64,000 nt of DNA from NCBI GenBank assembly GCA_041577335.1, contig JBFGJH010000011.1, positions 1-64,000 of the forward strand, in the 5' to 3' direction. The position numbers were made by a program, and so were the translations under genes. This DNA is from Acidimicrobiia bacterium (GTDB lineage Bacteria; Actinomycetota; Acidimicrobiia; Spongiisociales; JAENVV01). Within the stretch, counting starts at the first letter, position 1; the number at the start of each line of letters is the position of its first letter. This document shows, piece by piece, positions 48,108 to 58,515 of this stretch. The notes under the pieces are model-generated. The model made no database searches. It was not told where the DNA came from and saw nothing but the letters and a program-made list of their open reading frames with translations.

Positions 48108-49199
48108 GTGATTGACGTGGTTGTGATCGGAGGTGGGATAGCCGGCGTGTCGGTGGCTGCCGCCCTCCCGGCCGGGCTCGACGTGGTGCTGGTGGAGCGT
48201 GAGGATCAGCTGGGAGCCCATTCCACCGGCCGATCGGCGGCGTTGTTCTATCCGTCCTACGGGCATCCGTCGTCGGTGCGCTTGGCTGCTGCTTCTCAAC
48301 ACGTGCTCGAGGATGGTGGGTTTCTGAGCAAGCGTGGTGTCCTGACCGTCGCGCGCGCATCACTCCGGGCCGAGATCGAGTCGATGCGCGCCACCTCGGT
48401 TGACCCAAACGCAGAGATCATTGGCGGCCTGGCCGGCCTCCAAGAACTGTGCAGCGTCTTGGGGGGATCCCTCGAGCTTGGGCTGTACGAACCAGCTGTT
48501 GCGGACATCGATGTCATGGCCCTCCACGCGTCATTCGTGCGGCGTGCCCGGGAGCGGGGCGTTGAGGTGCGCCGCACCGCCGGCGTGAACGGCCTGGGCC
48601 GAATAGCTGATGATTGCTGGTCGGTGGAGACGAGCGGCGAGACGTTCACCACACGAGTGGTCGTCAATGCCTCAGGTGCGTGGGGTGACGAGGTAGCCCT
48701 CATGGCCGGTGTGCAGCCGGTTGGTCTCACCCCGCTTCGCAGGACAGCGTTCATGACACCTGCCCCCGGCGATGCGGTTGCCTGGCCGGCGGTGGTCGAA
48801 CTCTCCCACAGCTGGTATTTCAAGCCCGAAGGACCCCAGCTCCTGTGCTCGCCGGCGGAAGAGAAGCCGGCGCCGCCCGGCGACCCGCGGCCGGCGACGG
48901 AGGACGTGGCCGCAGCCATCGATCGGATCAATGCGGCGACATCGCTCGACATCCGGTCCGTCACATCGGAGTGGACCGGTCTGAGGACGTTCTCCCCAGA
49001 TCAGGCGATGGTTGTCGGCTTTGCCGAGGACGCTCCCGGGTTCTTCTGGCTCGTCGGGCAGGGAGGCACAGGCATCCAGACCGCCCCGGCCGCGGGACAA
49101 TTGGCAGCTGCCCTGATTTCAGGAGGCCCCTTGCCGTCTACGCTCGAACGCTATGAGGTGCGTCCGCATGACTACGGCATCGAGAGATTGAGGAGATGA
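48108..49199 (+). CDS. FAD-dependent oxidoreductase (DAO family)
   Basis: VIGGGIAG, HSTGRSAA, NASGAW, WTGLRTF.PD, GQGGTGIQTAPA. Confidence 0.9.
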   Translation: MIDVVVIGGGIAGVSVAAALPAGLDVVLVEREDQLGAHSTGRSAALFYPSYGHPSSVRLAAASQHVLEDGGFLSKRGVLTVARASLRAEIESMRATSVDPNAEIIGGLAGLQELCSVLGGSLELGLYEPAVADIDVMALHASFVRRARERGVEVRRTAGVNGLGRIADDCWSVETSGETFTTRVVVNASGAWGDEVALMAGVQPVGLTPLRRTAFMTPAPGDAVAWPAVVELSHSWYFKPEGPQLLCSPAEEKPAPPGDPRPATEDVAAAIDRINAATSLDIRSVTSEWTGLRTFSPDQAMVVGFAEDAPGFFWLVGQGGTGIQTAPAAGQLAAALISGGPLPSTLERYEVRPHDYGIERLRR

Positions 49200-50152
49200 C
49201 GATGCGATGGATGGTGGTTGGGCACGGCGGCATCGTCGGCGCATTCGTGACGGCGATCGACGGCCTCGCCGGGCACGAGGTAGGTGTGGTCGCCGGAAGG
49301 TCCGAGGAGCGGGCCGCTGCGTATGCGGTCCGGCGTGGCATTCCGGTGTCAACAATCGACATCGGCTCCCAGCTCGAGAACGTCGACGCTGTCTACGTCG
49401 GGACGCCCCATCCGTTTCACGCCGAGTCCGCCTCGCGAGCCCTGGCGGCCGGAGTGCCGGTTCTCTGTGAGAAACCAATGACGCTGTCGATGGAACGGAC
49501 GGCGGACCTTATCGAGTTGGCGCGCACCAATGACGCCTTCCTCATGGAGGCGGTGTGGACGAGGTTTTTGCCGATCTATGAGCACGTCTTTGGTTGGATC
49601 AACGACGGTGCCATAGGAGCGCCCCGAGGCATCAGAGCGAGCTTTGGGTTCCATAGACCGTTCGATCCTGCCCATCGGTTGTTCGACCCGGAACTGGGCG
49701 GCGGAGCGCTCTACGACATCGGGATCTATCCGCTGCATGTGGCTGAGTGGCTGTTCGGTGCTCCCGTGAGCATGTTGGGCGCCGCCGCGGTTGGAGCGTC
49801 TGGAGTGGACGAGTACGTCTCGGCGCTCGGCACGTACCGCAATGGCGTCCACGGAGACTTGAGCGCGACCACCCGGATCGCGCTCGACAGCCGGGCCATC
49901 GTGTGGGGCGATGACGGTTGGATCGAGATCCCGAAGTTCTGGATGGCACAAGAGGCCACCCTCCACGGCGCCGGGCGGGAGGAGCATCGTTCTGCTCCCT
50001 TCGAGGTGAACGGCTACGAATACGAGATCCGCGAGGTGGCGCGCTGTGTCGAGGAGGGCTTGATCGAGAGTCCCGGAATGCCTTGGTCGGCCTCCTTGTC
50101 GGTGGCAAGCCAGGTCGATGACGTCTTGCGCCAGATCGGACGGCCTGCCTAG
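49196..50152 (+). CDS. Gfo/Idh/MocA family oxidoreductase
   Basis: VGHGGI, DAVYVGTPH, LCEKP, MEAVWTRF, GGGALYDIGIY. Confidence 0.92.
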   Translation: MTMRWMVVGHGGIVGAFVTAIDGLAGHEVGVVAGRSEERAAAYAVRRGIPVSTIDIGSQLENVDAVYVGTPHPFHAESASRALAAGVPVLCEKPMTLSMERTADLIELARTNDAFLMEAVWTRFLPIYEHVFGWINDGAIGAPRGIRASFGFHRPFDPAHRLFDPELGGGALYDIGIYPLHVAEWLFGAPVSMLGAAAVGASGVDEYVSALGTYRNGVHGDLSATTRIALDSRAIVWGDDGWIEIPKFWMAQEATLHGAGREEHRSAPFEVNGYEYEIREVARCVEEGLIESPGMPWSASLSVASQVDDVLRQIGRPA

Positions 50153-50276
50153 GAGTCGCGAGCGACGGTCATCAACCCATAGTCAGCACGTCATCCAACC
50201 AGACGCCGACCGAATGGGTGATAGCCCTTACGACATCCCGAGAGGCGGCGCGTATCTGGCGAGTATCCTGCCGGTC

Positions 50277-51047
50277 GTGGAACAGGTCATCATCGTTGGA
50301 ATGGGAGAGCTCGGTGGCGTGTTCGCACGCGGGTTTCTGCGACGCGGTGTGAGTGTGATTCCGGTCATCCGCTCCATGGACCCCGGCGCCGTCGCCCGCC
50401 AAGTGCCCGACCCGAGGTTGTGTCTCGTGGCGGTGGGCGAGGCCGACCTGTCGTCGACACTGGACTCGTTGCCGGATCCGTGGAAAAGCACGGTGGGGCT
50501 TCTTCAGAATGAGCTGCTTCCGCGAACCTGGCTGGCCCACGACATCGTGGCACCGACGGTGGCGGTGGTTTGGTTTGAGAAGAAACCCGGCCAGGACGTG
50601 AAGCAGATCATCTCGACTCCCGTCGCCGGGCCCGAAGCCCCGCTGGTGGTGGCAGCACTCAGCTCGATTGCGATCGCTGCCCACGAGGTCGCCGCATCTG
50701 AGATCGACCAATCACTCGTGGCGAAGAACCTCTACATCCTCACCGCCAATATCGCCGGGCTGGAGACGAGAGGGTCGGTACACGACCTCTGGTACTCACA
50801 TCGTCAACTGGCGGAACGGGTCGCGGACGAGATCGCAGACCTCCAACGCGATCTGCTTGGCCACGAATTCGATCGCGCCGTCGCCAAGGCCGAGATGGTG
50901 CGGGCCATCGATGCAGATCCCGACCACGGCTCCATGGGTCGGTCGGCTCCGGTCCGGCTGCGCCGAGCGCTCCGGCACGCCGACGAGTTCGGGCGTGAGG
51001 TCCCCACGTTGCGACGCCTGGCTGCAGATCATCTCGGGAGTTCTTGA
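50277..51047 (+). CDS. Rossmann-fold protein (ketopantoate reductase-like), function unknown
   Basis: IVGMGELGG, LLQNEL, KNLYIL..NI.GL; TATCCT -10 before GTG. Confidence 0.7.
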   Translation: MEQVIIVGMGELGGVFARGFLRRGVSVIPVIRSMDPGAVARQVPDPRLCLVAVGEADLSSTLDSLPDPWKSTVGLLQNELLPRTWLAHDIVAPTVAVVWFEKKPGQDVKQIISTPVAGPEAPLVVAALSSIAIAAHEVAASEIDQSLVAKNLYILTANIAGLETRGSVHDLWYSHRQLAERVADEIADLQRDLLGHEFDRAVAKAEMVRAIDADPDHGSMGRSAPVRLRRALRHADEFGREVPTLRRLAADHLGSS

Positions 51048-51091
51048 GCTCGCCTCGCTTCTTGTCCATCAACCGTTTGTGGCGACCGGGC

Positions 51092-51868
51092 TCAGACAGC
51101 CGGCTCTCGAACAAAGGTGGGTCGGTCACGGCCGGAGCGGCCTGGATCAAATCGATACCCGAGTCCATCGAAGGCCGTCAGGCCGGTGAGAGTCGTTACC
51201 CGATTCAGGATGAGCCAGGATGCCATGGCTCCTCGCGCACGCTTGGCGAAAAAGCTCACCACGCGGTATTCGCCGCCGCTGAGATCCTCGAAACGGGGGG
51301 TGACGATGCGGGCGCCGAGCCGGCCCGCACGAACGGACCTGAAGTACTCCTGCGAGGCGAGGTTCACCAGCGCCCGAGGTCGCAGGATGTCCAGATCCGA
51401 CGCCAGGGCATCGCTGATCCGGTCACCCCAAAAGTGATACAAATTCTTGCCTCGCTCGGTCGGAAGCCGGGTCCCCATTTCGAGCCGATGAGGCTGGATG
51501 AGATCAAGCGGCCGGAGCACACCGTAGAGCCCCGACAGGATGCGGAGTCGGCGCTGGGCGGCGGTGAAATCGCGGGTTGAGAAGCTGGCGACGTCGAGGC
51601 CGAGATAGGTGTCACCCTTGAACGCCAGGATCGCTTGACGGGCGCCGGGCGCAGCAGCGTCCGGCTCCCACTCCTGGAATCGCTGCCAGTTCAACTCGGC
51701 CAATTCGTTCGAGAGGCTCATCAGGTGAGCGATCTCCTCGGGGCTCTGGCCGGCCATGACCTTGACCAGCATCTCCGAGTCGTCCTGAAATCGGGGGAGC
51801 GTGAAGCGCTTGGTGAGCGGCTTCGAGTCGAAGTCGAGGCTCTTGGCGGGGGAGAGCACGATCAGCAT
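51092..51868 (-). CDS. yaaA: Peroxide stress protein YaaA (UPF0246)
   Basis: LIVLSPAKSLD, ILSGLYGVLRPLD..QPHRLEMG, NLASQEY, SFFAKRARG. Confidence 0.95.
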   Translation of the reverse strand: MLIVLSPAKSLDFDSKPLTKRFTLPRFQDDSEMLVKVMAGQSPEEIAHLMSLSNELAELNWQRFQEWEPDAAAPGARQAILAFKGDTYLGLDVASFSTRDFTAAQRRLRILSGLYGVLRPLDLIQPHRLEMGTRLPTERGKNLYHFWGDRISDALASDLDILRPRALVNLASQEYFRSVRAGRLGARIVTPRFEDLSGGEYRVVSFFAKRARGAMASWLILNRVTTLTGLTAFDGLGYRFDPGRSGRDRPTFVREPAV

Positions 51869-51939
51869 TGACCGGAAGTGTACAAGGGGCCGCTCGGCAA
51901 AGGCCACGGCGCTCTGGGATGACCCGATAGGATCGGGCT

Positions 51940-52392
51940 GTGATTCAGCGCAGAACAGACTCCCTATGGAATGCGACTCGAGCGGTGCCGCTAGTTGTGC
52001 TGGCCCTGGTGCTGGCCGGCTGTGGCCAGGCAGCATTGCTCCTCGACGTGGGTGATTGTTTTGATGATCCGCCCGGACTCGCAGACACGGTGACCAACGT
52101 CGACGTCATCGACTGCGCCGACCCCCACGACAACGAGGTGTACGCAGTCGTCGATTTCCCCGAGGAAGGTGGCTATCCAGGAGACGATGCCGTCAAGGAG
52201 TTCGCTGATGAGACGTGCATCAGTACCTTCGAGTCCTTCGTCGACTTCGACTATCTGCAGTCAGAGCTCGATCTCGGCTACTTCTGGCCGACCGACGAGT
52301 CGTGGGACGCCGGAGATCGGGCGGTGCAGTGCTTTGTGTACGAGCTGGACGGGTCGCAAGCCACGGGCAGCCTGCGCGGTGCTGGTCGATGA
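51940..52392 (+). CDS. Septum_form-like lipoprotein
   Basis: Lipobox LAGC; VGDCF, DCADPHDNEV, PTDESWDAGDR.V.C, GSLR. Confidence 0.85.
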   Translation: MIQRRTDSLWNATRAVPLVVLALVLAGCGQAALLLDVGDCFDDPPGLADTVTNVDVIDCADPHDNEVYAVVDFPEEGGYPGDDAVKEFADETCISTFESFVDFDYLQSELDLGYFWPTDESWDAGDRAVQCFVYELDGSQATGSLRGAGR

Positions 52393-52414
52393 GCCGGCAG
52401 TCTCGTGCCCCGGG

Positions 52415-53584
52415 TCAGATCAGCCGTCCGGCGTGCTCGTAGACCGGTTCGTTTCTGAGGATCCGGGCGGGGCTCAGTCTCGACAGGTCCAGTGAGGCGG
52501 GTCGCCCGAGGATCAGCTCGGCCAGGTGCCGCCCAACCGCGTGGCACTGTTGGAACCCATGACCCGAGAAGCCGTTGGCGAGATAGAAGCCTTCGAGCTC
52601 GGGCCATTCGCCGATGATGCCATTGCCGTCCAGGTCGTTGTTGGCGTACAGCCCGGCCCAGCCACGCACCACCCGCACGGCTTCGAACGCGGGGAAGTTG
52701 CCAACCAACTCGGGCCAGATGGTTTCATCGAAATGCTGGCGACTGACCGAGAAGTCGTAGCCGACGGGATCGTTGGGCAGCGACCATGCCACCAAATAGG
52801 TGTTTCCGGGCTCGGCGAGCACGTAGAGCCCAGAAGGAGCGAATGCGCTCGGTAGGTGCTCCGAGTCGATATCGGCCTCCAGGACGAACACGCTGCGCAT
52901 GATTGGCTTCACCGGAAGGGTGATCGCTGCGGTCTTGGCAAGGTCGGTGCACCAGGCGCCGGCAGCATTGACAACGACGGGAGCCGACACGATGTCACCG
53001 CCGATATCGACACCGGTAACCGCCTGCTCGTTTCTCAGCACGGCCCGGACCTCGGCTTCCATGTACCGGGCCCCGAGCGATGCAGCCTTGCGGCGATAGC
53101 CTTCCAGGACGGCGGCTGGATCAACGGAGCCGTCGCGCCTCCCCAGCGTCCCGGCAACGTAGGTCGTCCCGGTATACGGCGGATACGCCGCGGCGATCTC
53201 ATCGGCGGAAAGCCATTCCACCGACTCACCCAGCCGCGTCTGGGCGTCGAGGCCGTGGCGAGCGTCGTCCTCTCCGCCTCGTTGCACCAGAAACAGATTG
53301 CCTTGCCGCCGACAGCTCGGATCGGGATGCCAGTCGCCCACCGCCATGGTCTGGCTGAAATCCTCGAGGAAGTCCATGGCGAATTGAGAAATCGCGATGT
53401 TCTCAGGCAGATTGAACTGAATTCGAACGTTGCCGTCGCAACGGAGTGTCGAAGATCGGGCAAAGGTCATATCACGATCAAGGACGGCGACGCGGATCGC
53501 CGGGTCGTAGCGAAGGAGCCAGTAGGCCGTGGCGCTACCCATCACCGCTCCTCCGACGATGACCACGTCGAAACGGTCAGTCAT
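52415..53584 (-). CDS. FAD-dependent oxidoreductase (sarcosine oxidase beta/FOXRED1-like)
   Basis: IVGGAVMGS, RIQFNLPENI, NAAGAW, WAGLY, NGFSGHGFQQ. Confidence 0.9.
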   Translation of the reverse strand: MTDRFDVVIVGGAVMGSATAYWLLRYDPAIRVAVLDRDMTFARSSTLRCDGNVRIQFNLPENIAISQFAMDFLEDFSQTMAVGDWHPDPSCRRQGNLFLVQRGGEDDARHGLDAQTRLGESVEWLSADEIAAAYPPYTGTTYVAGTLGRRDGSVDPAAVLEGYRRKAASLGARYMEAEVRAVLRNEQAVTGVDIGGDIVSAPVVVNAAGAWCTDLAKTAAITLPVKPIMRSVFVLEADIDSEHLPSAFAPSGLYVLAEPGNTYLVAWSLPNDPVGYDFSVSRQHFDETIWPELVGNFPAFEAVRVVRGWAGLYANNDLDGNGIIGEWPELEGFYLANGFSGHGFQQCHAVGRHLAELILGRPASLDLSRLSPARILRNEPVYEHAGRLI

Positions 53585-54276
53585 ACGGAGCGAGTGATGC
53601 CGCCGTCGACGCGGATGTTCTGGCCGGTGACGTACGAGGCGTCGCTCGACAGCAGCCACGCCACCGTTCCGGCTATCTCGTCCACCCGCCCGTACCTGCC
53701 GGTGGGAATTCGCGCCAGGTTCGCGTCGGACTCCGGATAGGAGTCGATGAACCCGGGAAGAACGCTGTTCATCCGGATGCCGTGGGCGGCATACGTGTCC
53801 GCATATAGCTTCGTGAAGCTACCGAGGGCAGCGCGCAGGCTTGCCGAAATCGGAAACCCCGGATCTGGCTCGAACGCCGCGAAGGTCGAGATGTTCACGA
53901 TGGAGCTTCCTTCGCCGAGGTGCGGTGTGATCAATCGCGCCATCCGGACGACGTTGAGGAGGAGCATGTCGAGGCCGGCGTGCCAATCGTCGTCTGAGAG
54001 TTCGAGAAGCGGCCCCTTGGCGGCGTGTCCGGTGTTGTTGACGGCGGCATCGATGCGCCCGTGAGCTGACATCGCCAGTTCGACGAGATTGGACAAGTCG
54101 GCGGCAGACGTGACCGATCCGGTGAGGGCGACGGCGCCGAGCTCGGCTGCGACCCCTTCGGCCCCGCCGCTGTTCGACATGAGGGTCAGACTCCACCCGT
54201 CGTTGGCGAGTCGTCGCGCGATCGCCGCTCCGATGCCCGAACCGGCGGCGGTGACGATCGCTGACTTGCTTCCCAT
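53581..54276 (-). CDS. Short-chain dehydrogenase/reductase
   Basis: TAAGSGIG, VNNTG, NIST, PG, TGQNIRVDGG; RBS AAGGAG. Confidence 0.92.
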   Translation of the reverse strand: MGSKSAIVTAAGSGIGAAIARRLANDGWSLTLMSNSGGAEGVAAELGAVALTGSVTSAADLSNLVELAMSAHGRIDAAVNNTGHAAKGPLLELSDDDWHAGLDMLLLNVVRMARLITPHLGEGSSIVNISTFAAFEPDPGFPISASLRAALGSFTKLYADTYAAHGIRMNSVLPGFIDSYPESDANLARIPTGRYGRVDEIAGTVAWLLSSDASYVTGQNIRVDGGITRSV

Positions 54277-54503
54277 GGGCGCTCTCCTTGATGGCTCGGT
54301 TGTCGACAGCCTACGGCGCGTTTGCGGCACGCGACCGGCGCTTCACAAACCCGTGTGGACAGCTACGCCGAGCCGGCGCCGGCGTGGGTTGCGAGCGCGG
54401 AGGCGGCGTTGGCCCCCGAGCAACCGGCGACTGCCGCGCCGAGCACAGAACACGGCCGCAATGCGGTCTCGGTCGACGCGGTGAAGGTACCCTGGGGCAT
54501 GAG

Positions 54504-54526
54504 CAGAACGTTCCACTGGATGGAAC
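54504..54526 (+). promoter_or_regulatory. Putative IclR operator 1
   Basis: CAGAAC GTTCCA-CTGGA-TGGAAC; perfect dyad GTTCCA-N5-TGGAAC just downstream of TACCCT -10. Confidence 0.65.
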
Positions 54527-54548
54527 ACAGGATAGACCTGGAGAGGAC

Positions 54549-56957
54549 ATGAGAGAAGAAGCGCGCTGTGTCATCGTCGGTGGCGGGGCCATGGGCGTTG
54601 GCCTTCTCTACCACCTCGCGCACGAGGGCTGGACCGATACGGTATTGGTCGAAAAGGACGAGTTGACATCGGGCTCTACCTGGCACGCGGCCGGGCTCGT
54701 TCCTCATTTCATCGGCAGTCTCAACATGGCGAAAGTCCACGCCTACGGAGCGGATCTCTATACGAAGCTGGAAGCTGAGACCGGCCTGCACTCGGGCTGG
54801 CATGGAAGCGGAGCCGTGAGGTTGGCACGCACCGAAGACGAGGTCGACTGGTTCAGATACGTCAAGGGCGTGCTCGATGTCGCAGGCGTCGAATCACATC
54901 TGGTTGACCCGAGCGAGATCGTCGAGCTCCATCCGTTGCTCGCCGTCGATGACGTGAAGCTCGGCATGCACACACCGAACGACGGCTGGACCGACCCATC
55001 GGCCGCAACCAACGCCATGGCAGCAGGCGCTCGCCAGCTCGGAGCGGAGATCTCTCGGCACAATCGTGTGCTGGACATGAACCCACTGCCCGACGGACGG
55101 TGGGAGGTCATCACCGAAAAGGGCCGGATCGTGGCCGAACACGTCGTCAACGCGGCGGGCCATTACGGTCCCCAGCTGGGGAAGATGGTGGGCTTGGAGG
55201 TCCCCATCGTGTCGATGATCCATCAGTACATCGTCACCGAGGCCATGCCCGAGGTCGCAGCTCTCGATTTCGACCTGCCCGTCATTCGTGATCCGCGTGC
55301 CTCCTGCTACTACCGGCGCGAGCACGACGGTCTCATCATCGGACCCTACGAAACCGAGGGATCGAAACCGTATGGGCTCGACGGAATCGACTGGAACTTG
55401 ACCTTCCATCTGACGCCGCCGGAGATCGAGCGGCTGCTGCCGTGGCTCGGGCTCGCTGGAGAACGAATCCCCGCTTTCGAGAACGCCGGAATCAAGCAGG
55501 TTGTCTCCGGGCCGATCACCCATACTCCGGACGCCGGCTACCTGATGGGGCCCGCCCCCGGCCTCCGCAACTATTGGATGTGCGTCGGCGCTTCGATTGG
55601 CATCACGCAAGGACCAGGCGCCGGCAAGTACCTCGCCCAGTGGATGGTGCATGGTCAGACCGAGATCAACGTGCGGGAGATGGACCCTCGTCGGTTCGGC
55701 CACTACGCGCCGGGCAAATACACGCTCGACCGCTCGATCGACGAGTACCACGAGATGTACCAGGTACGGATGCCCGGTGAATACCGGCCGGCAGGCCGGC
55801 CCATGAAGCAGACGCCGATCTACGAAGTGCTCGATTCCAAGGGTGCGCAGTGGCAGGAGATCTTCGGCTGGGAGCGAGCCCAGTACTTCTCGCCGGAGCC
55901 CGAGGATTTCTCCTTCCGACGGTCGTCGGCATTCGACCCGGTAGGAGCAGAGGTTCGTGCCATCAGAGAGGCTGTCGGAGTTGCGGATCTCACCGCGTTT
56001 TCCAAGTTCGAGGTATCCGGTAACGACGCAGCGCAGTTGCTCGACCGATTGTCCGCCAACCGCTTGCCGGCGCGTGATGGAGGCATCCGCCTCGTCCACA
56101 TGCTCACCGACCTGGGCGGCATCGAATGTGAGATGACGATCACCCGCAAAGCGGCGGATCGGTTCTATCTCAACTCGGCGATCGTCGGCCAACTGCACGA
56201 TCTCGATTGGCTGGTTCAGCACATCGAGGCCGATGAAGACGTGACGGTGACAGACGTGACCGACACGACCGGAATTCTCGCTGTCACCGGCCCCAGATCA
56301 CGACAGTTGCTGGAGCGCCTCACCGAGGCGAATCTCGAGAGTGGCGGGTTCCCGTGGCTGACTGCCCAAGAAATCGTGGTCGCCGGGGTTCCGTGCTTCG
56401 CCCTCCGGGTGAGCTATGTGGGCGAGTTGGGTTGGGAGCTGCACCACCCTCTCGACCGCATGCCCGCCCTCTATGAGGCGATCGTCGCCGCAGGCGCCGA
56501 CCTGGGTCTCGTCGACTTCGGCAGTTACGCCATGAACGTCATGCGACTGGAAAAGGCCTACAAGGCATGGGGTGCGGAGCTCACCACAGAAATCACGCCC
56601 ATCGAAGCCGCCCTCGAGCGGTTCGTGGCCTTCGACGGTGACTTCATCGGCAAGGAAGCCACCTTGGCGAGGCGATCGGCTCCGCTCGAAATGATCCTCG
56701 TGTACGCCGAGCTCGACGCTTTCGACGCAGACTGTCGTGGCAACGAGCCCATCCTTGCTGGAGACAAGGTGATCGGCGTCACGACGAGTGGCACGTTTGC
56801 CCACTCGGTCGGTAAGAGCATTCTCTTTGCGTATGTTGACCCGGCGTACCAGGAGCCGGGGTCGACGTTCGATGTCGAGATCATGTCGGAGCGACAGACG
56901 GCGACCGTGTTGTCGGAACCGGTCTGGGACCCGTCCAATGAACGGTTGCGGGCCTGA
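54549..56957 (+). CDS. Dimethylglycine/sarcosine dehydrogenase family (DAO + GcvT domains)
   Basis: IVGGGAMG, SGSTWHAAG, GWER, RVSYVGELGWELH, RLEKAY; RBS GAGAGG. Confidence 0.93.
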   Translation: MREEARCVIVGGGAMGVGLLYHLAHEGWTDTVLVEKDELTSGSTWHAAGLVPHFIGSLNMAKVHAYGADLYTKLEAETGLHSGWHGSGAVRLARTEDEVDWFRYVKGVLDVAGVESHLVDPSEIVELHPLLAVDDVKLGMHTPNDGWTDPSAATNAMAAGARQLGAEISRHNRVLDMNPLPDGRWEVITEKGRIVAEHVVNAAGHYGPQLGKMVGLEVPIVSMIHQYIVTEAMPEVAALDFDLPVIRDPRASCYYRREHDGLIIGPYETEGSKPYGLDGIDWNLTFHLTPPEIERLLPWLGLAGERIPAFENAGIKQVVSGPITHTPDAGYLMGPAPGLRNYWMCVGASIGITQGPGAGKYLAQWMVHGQTEINVREMDPRRFGHYAPGKYTLDRSIDEYHEMYQVRMPGEYRPAGRPMKQTPIYEVLDSKGAQWQEIFGWERAQYFSPEPEDFSFRRSSAFDPVGAEVRAIREAVGVADLTAFSKFEVSGNDAAQLLDRLSANRLPARDGGIRLVHMLTDLGGIECEMTITRKAADRFYLNSAIVGQLHDLDWLVQHIEADEDVTVTDVTDTTGILAVTGPRSRQLLERLTEANLESGGFPWLTAQEIVVAGVPCFALRVSYVGELGWELHHPLDRMPALYEAIVAAGADLGLVDFGSYAMNVMRLEKAYKAWGAELTTEITPIEAALERFVAFDGDFIGKEATLARRSAPLEMILVYAELDAFDADCRGNEPILAGDKVIGVTTSGTFAHSVGKSILFAYVDPAYQEPGSTFDVEIMSERQTATVLSEPVWDPSNERLRA

Positions 56958-58513
56958 TGGGCGGCCGTCGTTCCGGGGGAGGCAGAGCCGGCCGGTTGGC
57001 GTTGCGAGCGGAAAGCCCACCGCTGCACGAACGACCCGTCCGGCCCGGTTTGCCGGGGGGCGCATTCAAGCCACTCACCGATCGCGACCTCGGCGAGATC
57101 TACGCCAGCGCCCTCGACCTTCTCGAGACCGTCGGGATGGGATCCCCGATCCCAGAGTTCATCGAGGCCGTGACCGCTGTCGGGGGATGGGTCGAGGGGG
57201 ATCGGCTGCACTATCCCAAGGCGGTGGTGGAGGGAGCCATCGAGACGGCGGCCAAATCATTCGTGTGGCACGGCTTCGATGAGGATCGGAGCATCGACGT
57301 CGGCGGCGAGAGAGTCCACTTCGGCACAGCCGGTGCTGCGGTGCTCATGCTCGATCACGAATCCAAGCAGTTTCGCCATTCCACCTCCCTCGATCTCTAC
57401 GACGTGGCACGGTTGGCCGACACGCTCGAGCACATCCATTTCTTCGTGAGAACCGTTGTGACCCGCGACCTCGTCGAAGCGCGTGACGTCGATATCAACA
57501 CCGCTTATGTGACCTTGGCGGGCACCACGAAACCGATTGGCACATCGTTCTTCCACCCCGACCATGTGTACGAGGCAGTCGAGATGTTCGATATGGTGCT
57601 CGGGGGTGAGGGGGAGTTCCGCAAACGTCCGTTCCTCGTCGCCAACAACACCTTTGTCGTGCCTCCGTTGCGCTTTGCCGAAGAGTCGGCGGCCGCAATG
57701 GTTGCCCAGGTTCGGACCGGCATGCCGATCAATCTCCTGTCGGCCGGCCAAGCAGGTGCCACCTCGCCGGCAGCTCTCGCCGGATCACTCGTCCAGGCCC
57801 TCGCCGAGTGTCTGGCTGCCTTGACCTCGGTCAACCTCATTCGGCCGGGACACCCGTGTGTCATGGGCCTTTGGCCGTTCGTCTCCGATCTTCGGACCGG
57901 GGCAATGACGGGGGGCAGCGGCGAAGAGGCCGTGCTGAATGCCGCGGCCGCTCAGGTCGCCAACTATCTCGGGCTTCCCTCGGGGGTGGCGGCCGGGATG
58001 GCGGATTCGAAGCTGCCCGACAGCCAGGCCGGATATGAGAAGGGCGTGACCGTCACGCTGGCGGGACAGGCGGGAGCCAATCTCGTCTACGAGTCGGCGG
58101 GCATGTTGGCGTCGCTACTCGGCTGCTCGCTCGAGATGATGGTGATCGACAACGACCTGCTCGGGTCGGTCAACCGCACAATCCGCGGCATCGAGGTGAC
58201 CCCCGACACGCTGTCGACGGAGGTCATCCGCCAGGTCGTGGAGCACCCCGGACATTTCCTGGGTCACGAGCAGACGCTGGGTCTCATGGAGCGTGACTAC
58301 GTCTATCCGGTGGTCGCCGATCGAGACACCCCTGCCAACTGGGCAGATGGTGGGTCACTGGACGCCTCGGACCGTGCTCGCCAATACGTTGCGTCCACGC
58401 TCGCCGACCATTACCCCAAGCACATTGCTCCCGAGATCGACGAGGCGATCAGGGCTCGCTTTCCCATCAAGGTCGATGCGGAGCACATGGCCGACGGCAG
58501 CTCTCGATGGTGA
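56957..58513 (+). CDS. MttB-superfamily methyltransferase, non-pyrrolysine
   Basis: GATSPAALAG, DLRTGAM, DSKLPDSQAGYE, GHFLG; no in-frame TAG; TGATG coupling. Confidence 0.92.
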   Translation: MGGRRSGGGRAGRLALRAESPPLHERPVRPGLPGGAFKPLTDRDLGEIYASALDLLETVGMGSPIPEFIEAVTAVGGWVEGDRLHYPKAVVEGAIETAAKSFVWHGFDEDRSIDVGGERVHFGTAGAAVLMLDHESKQFRHSTSLDLYDVARLADTLEHIHFFVRTVVTRDLVEARDVDINTAYVTLAGTTKPIGTSFFHPDHVYEAVEMFDMVLGGEGEFRKRPFLVANNTFVVPPLRFAEESAAAMVAQVRTGMPINLLSAGQAGATSPAALAGSLVQALAECLAALTSVNLIRPGHPCVMGLWPFVSDLRTGAMTGGSGEEAVLNAAAAQVANYLGLPSGVAAGMADSKLPDSQAGYEKGVTVTLAGQAGANLVYESAGMLASLLGCSLEMMVIDNDLLGSVNRTIRGIEVTPDTLSTEVIRQVVEHPGHFLGHEQTLGLMERDYVYPVVADRDTPANWADGGSLDASDRARQYVASTLADHYPKHIAPEIDEAIRARFPIKVDAEHMADGSSRW

Positions 58514-58515
58514 GA

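Noticed and set aside
50153..50270. Intergenic stretch sharing CGGGATGTCG (reverse strand) with 8465
   Set aside because: Only a 10-nt match, compatible with chance; no clear structure.
54288..54548. N-terminal extension of dehydrogenase 1
   Set aside because: Covers promoter and operator; RBS and FAD motif place the start at 54549.
56957..58513. Pyrrolysine recoding in MttB
   Set aside because: No in-frame TAG and no pyl genes.
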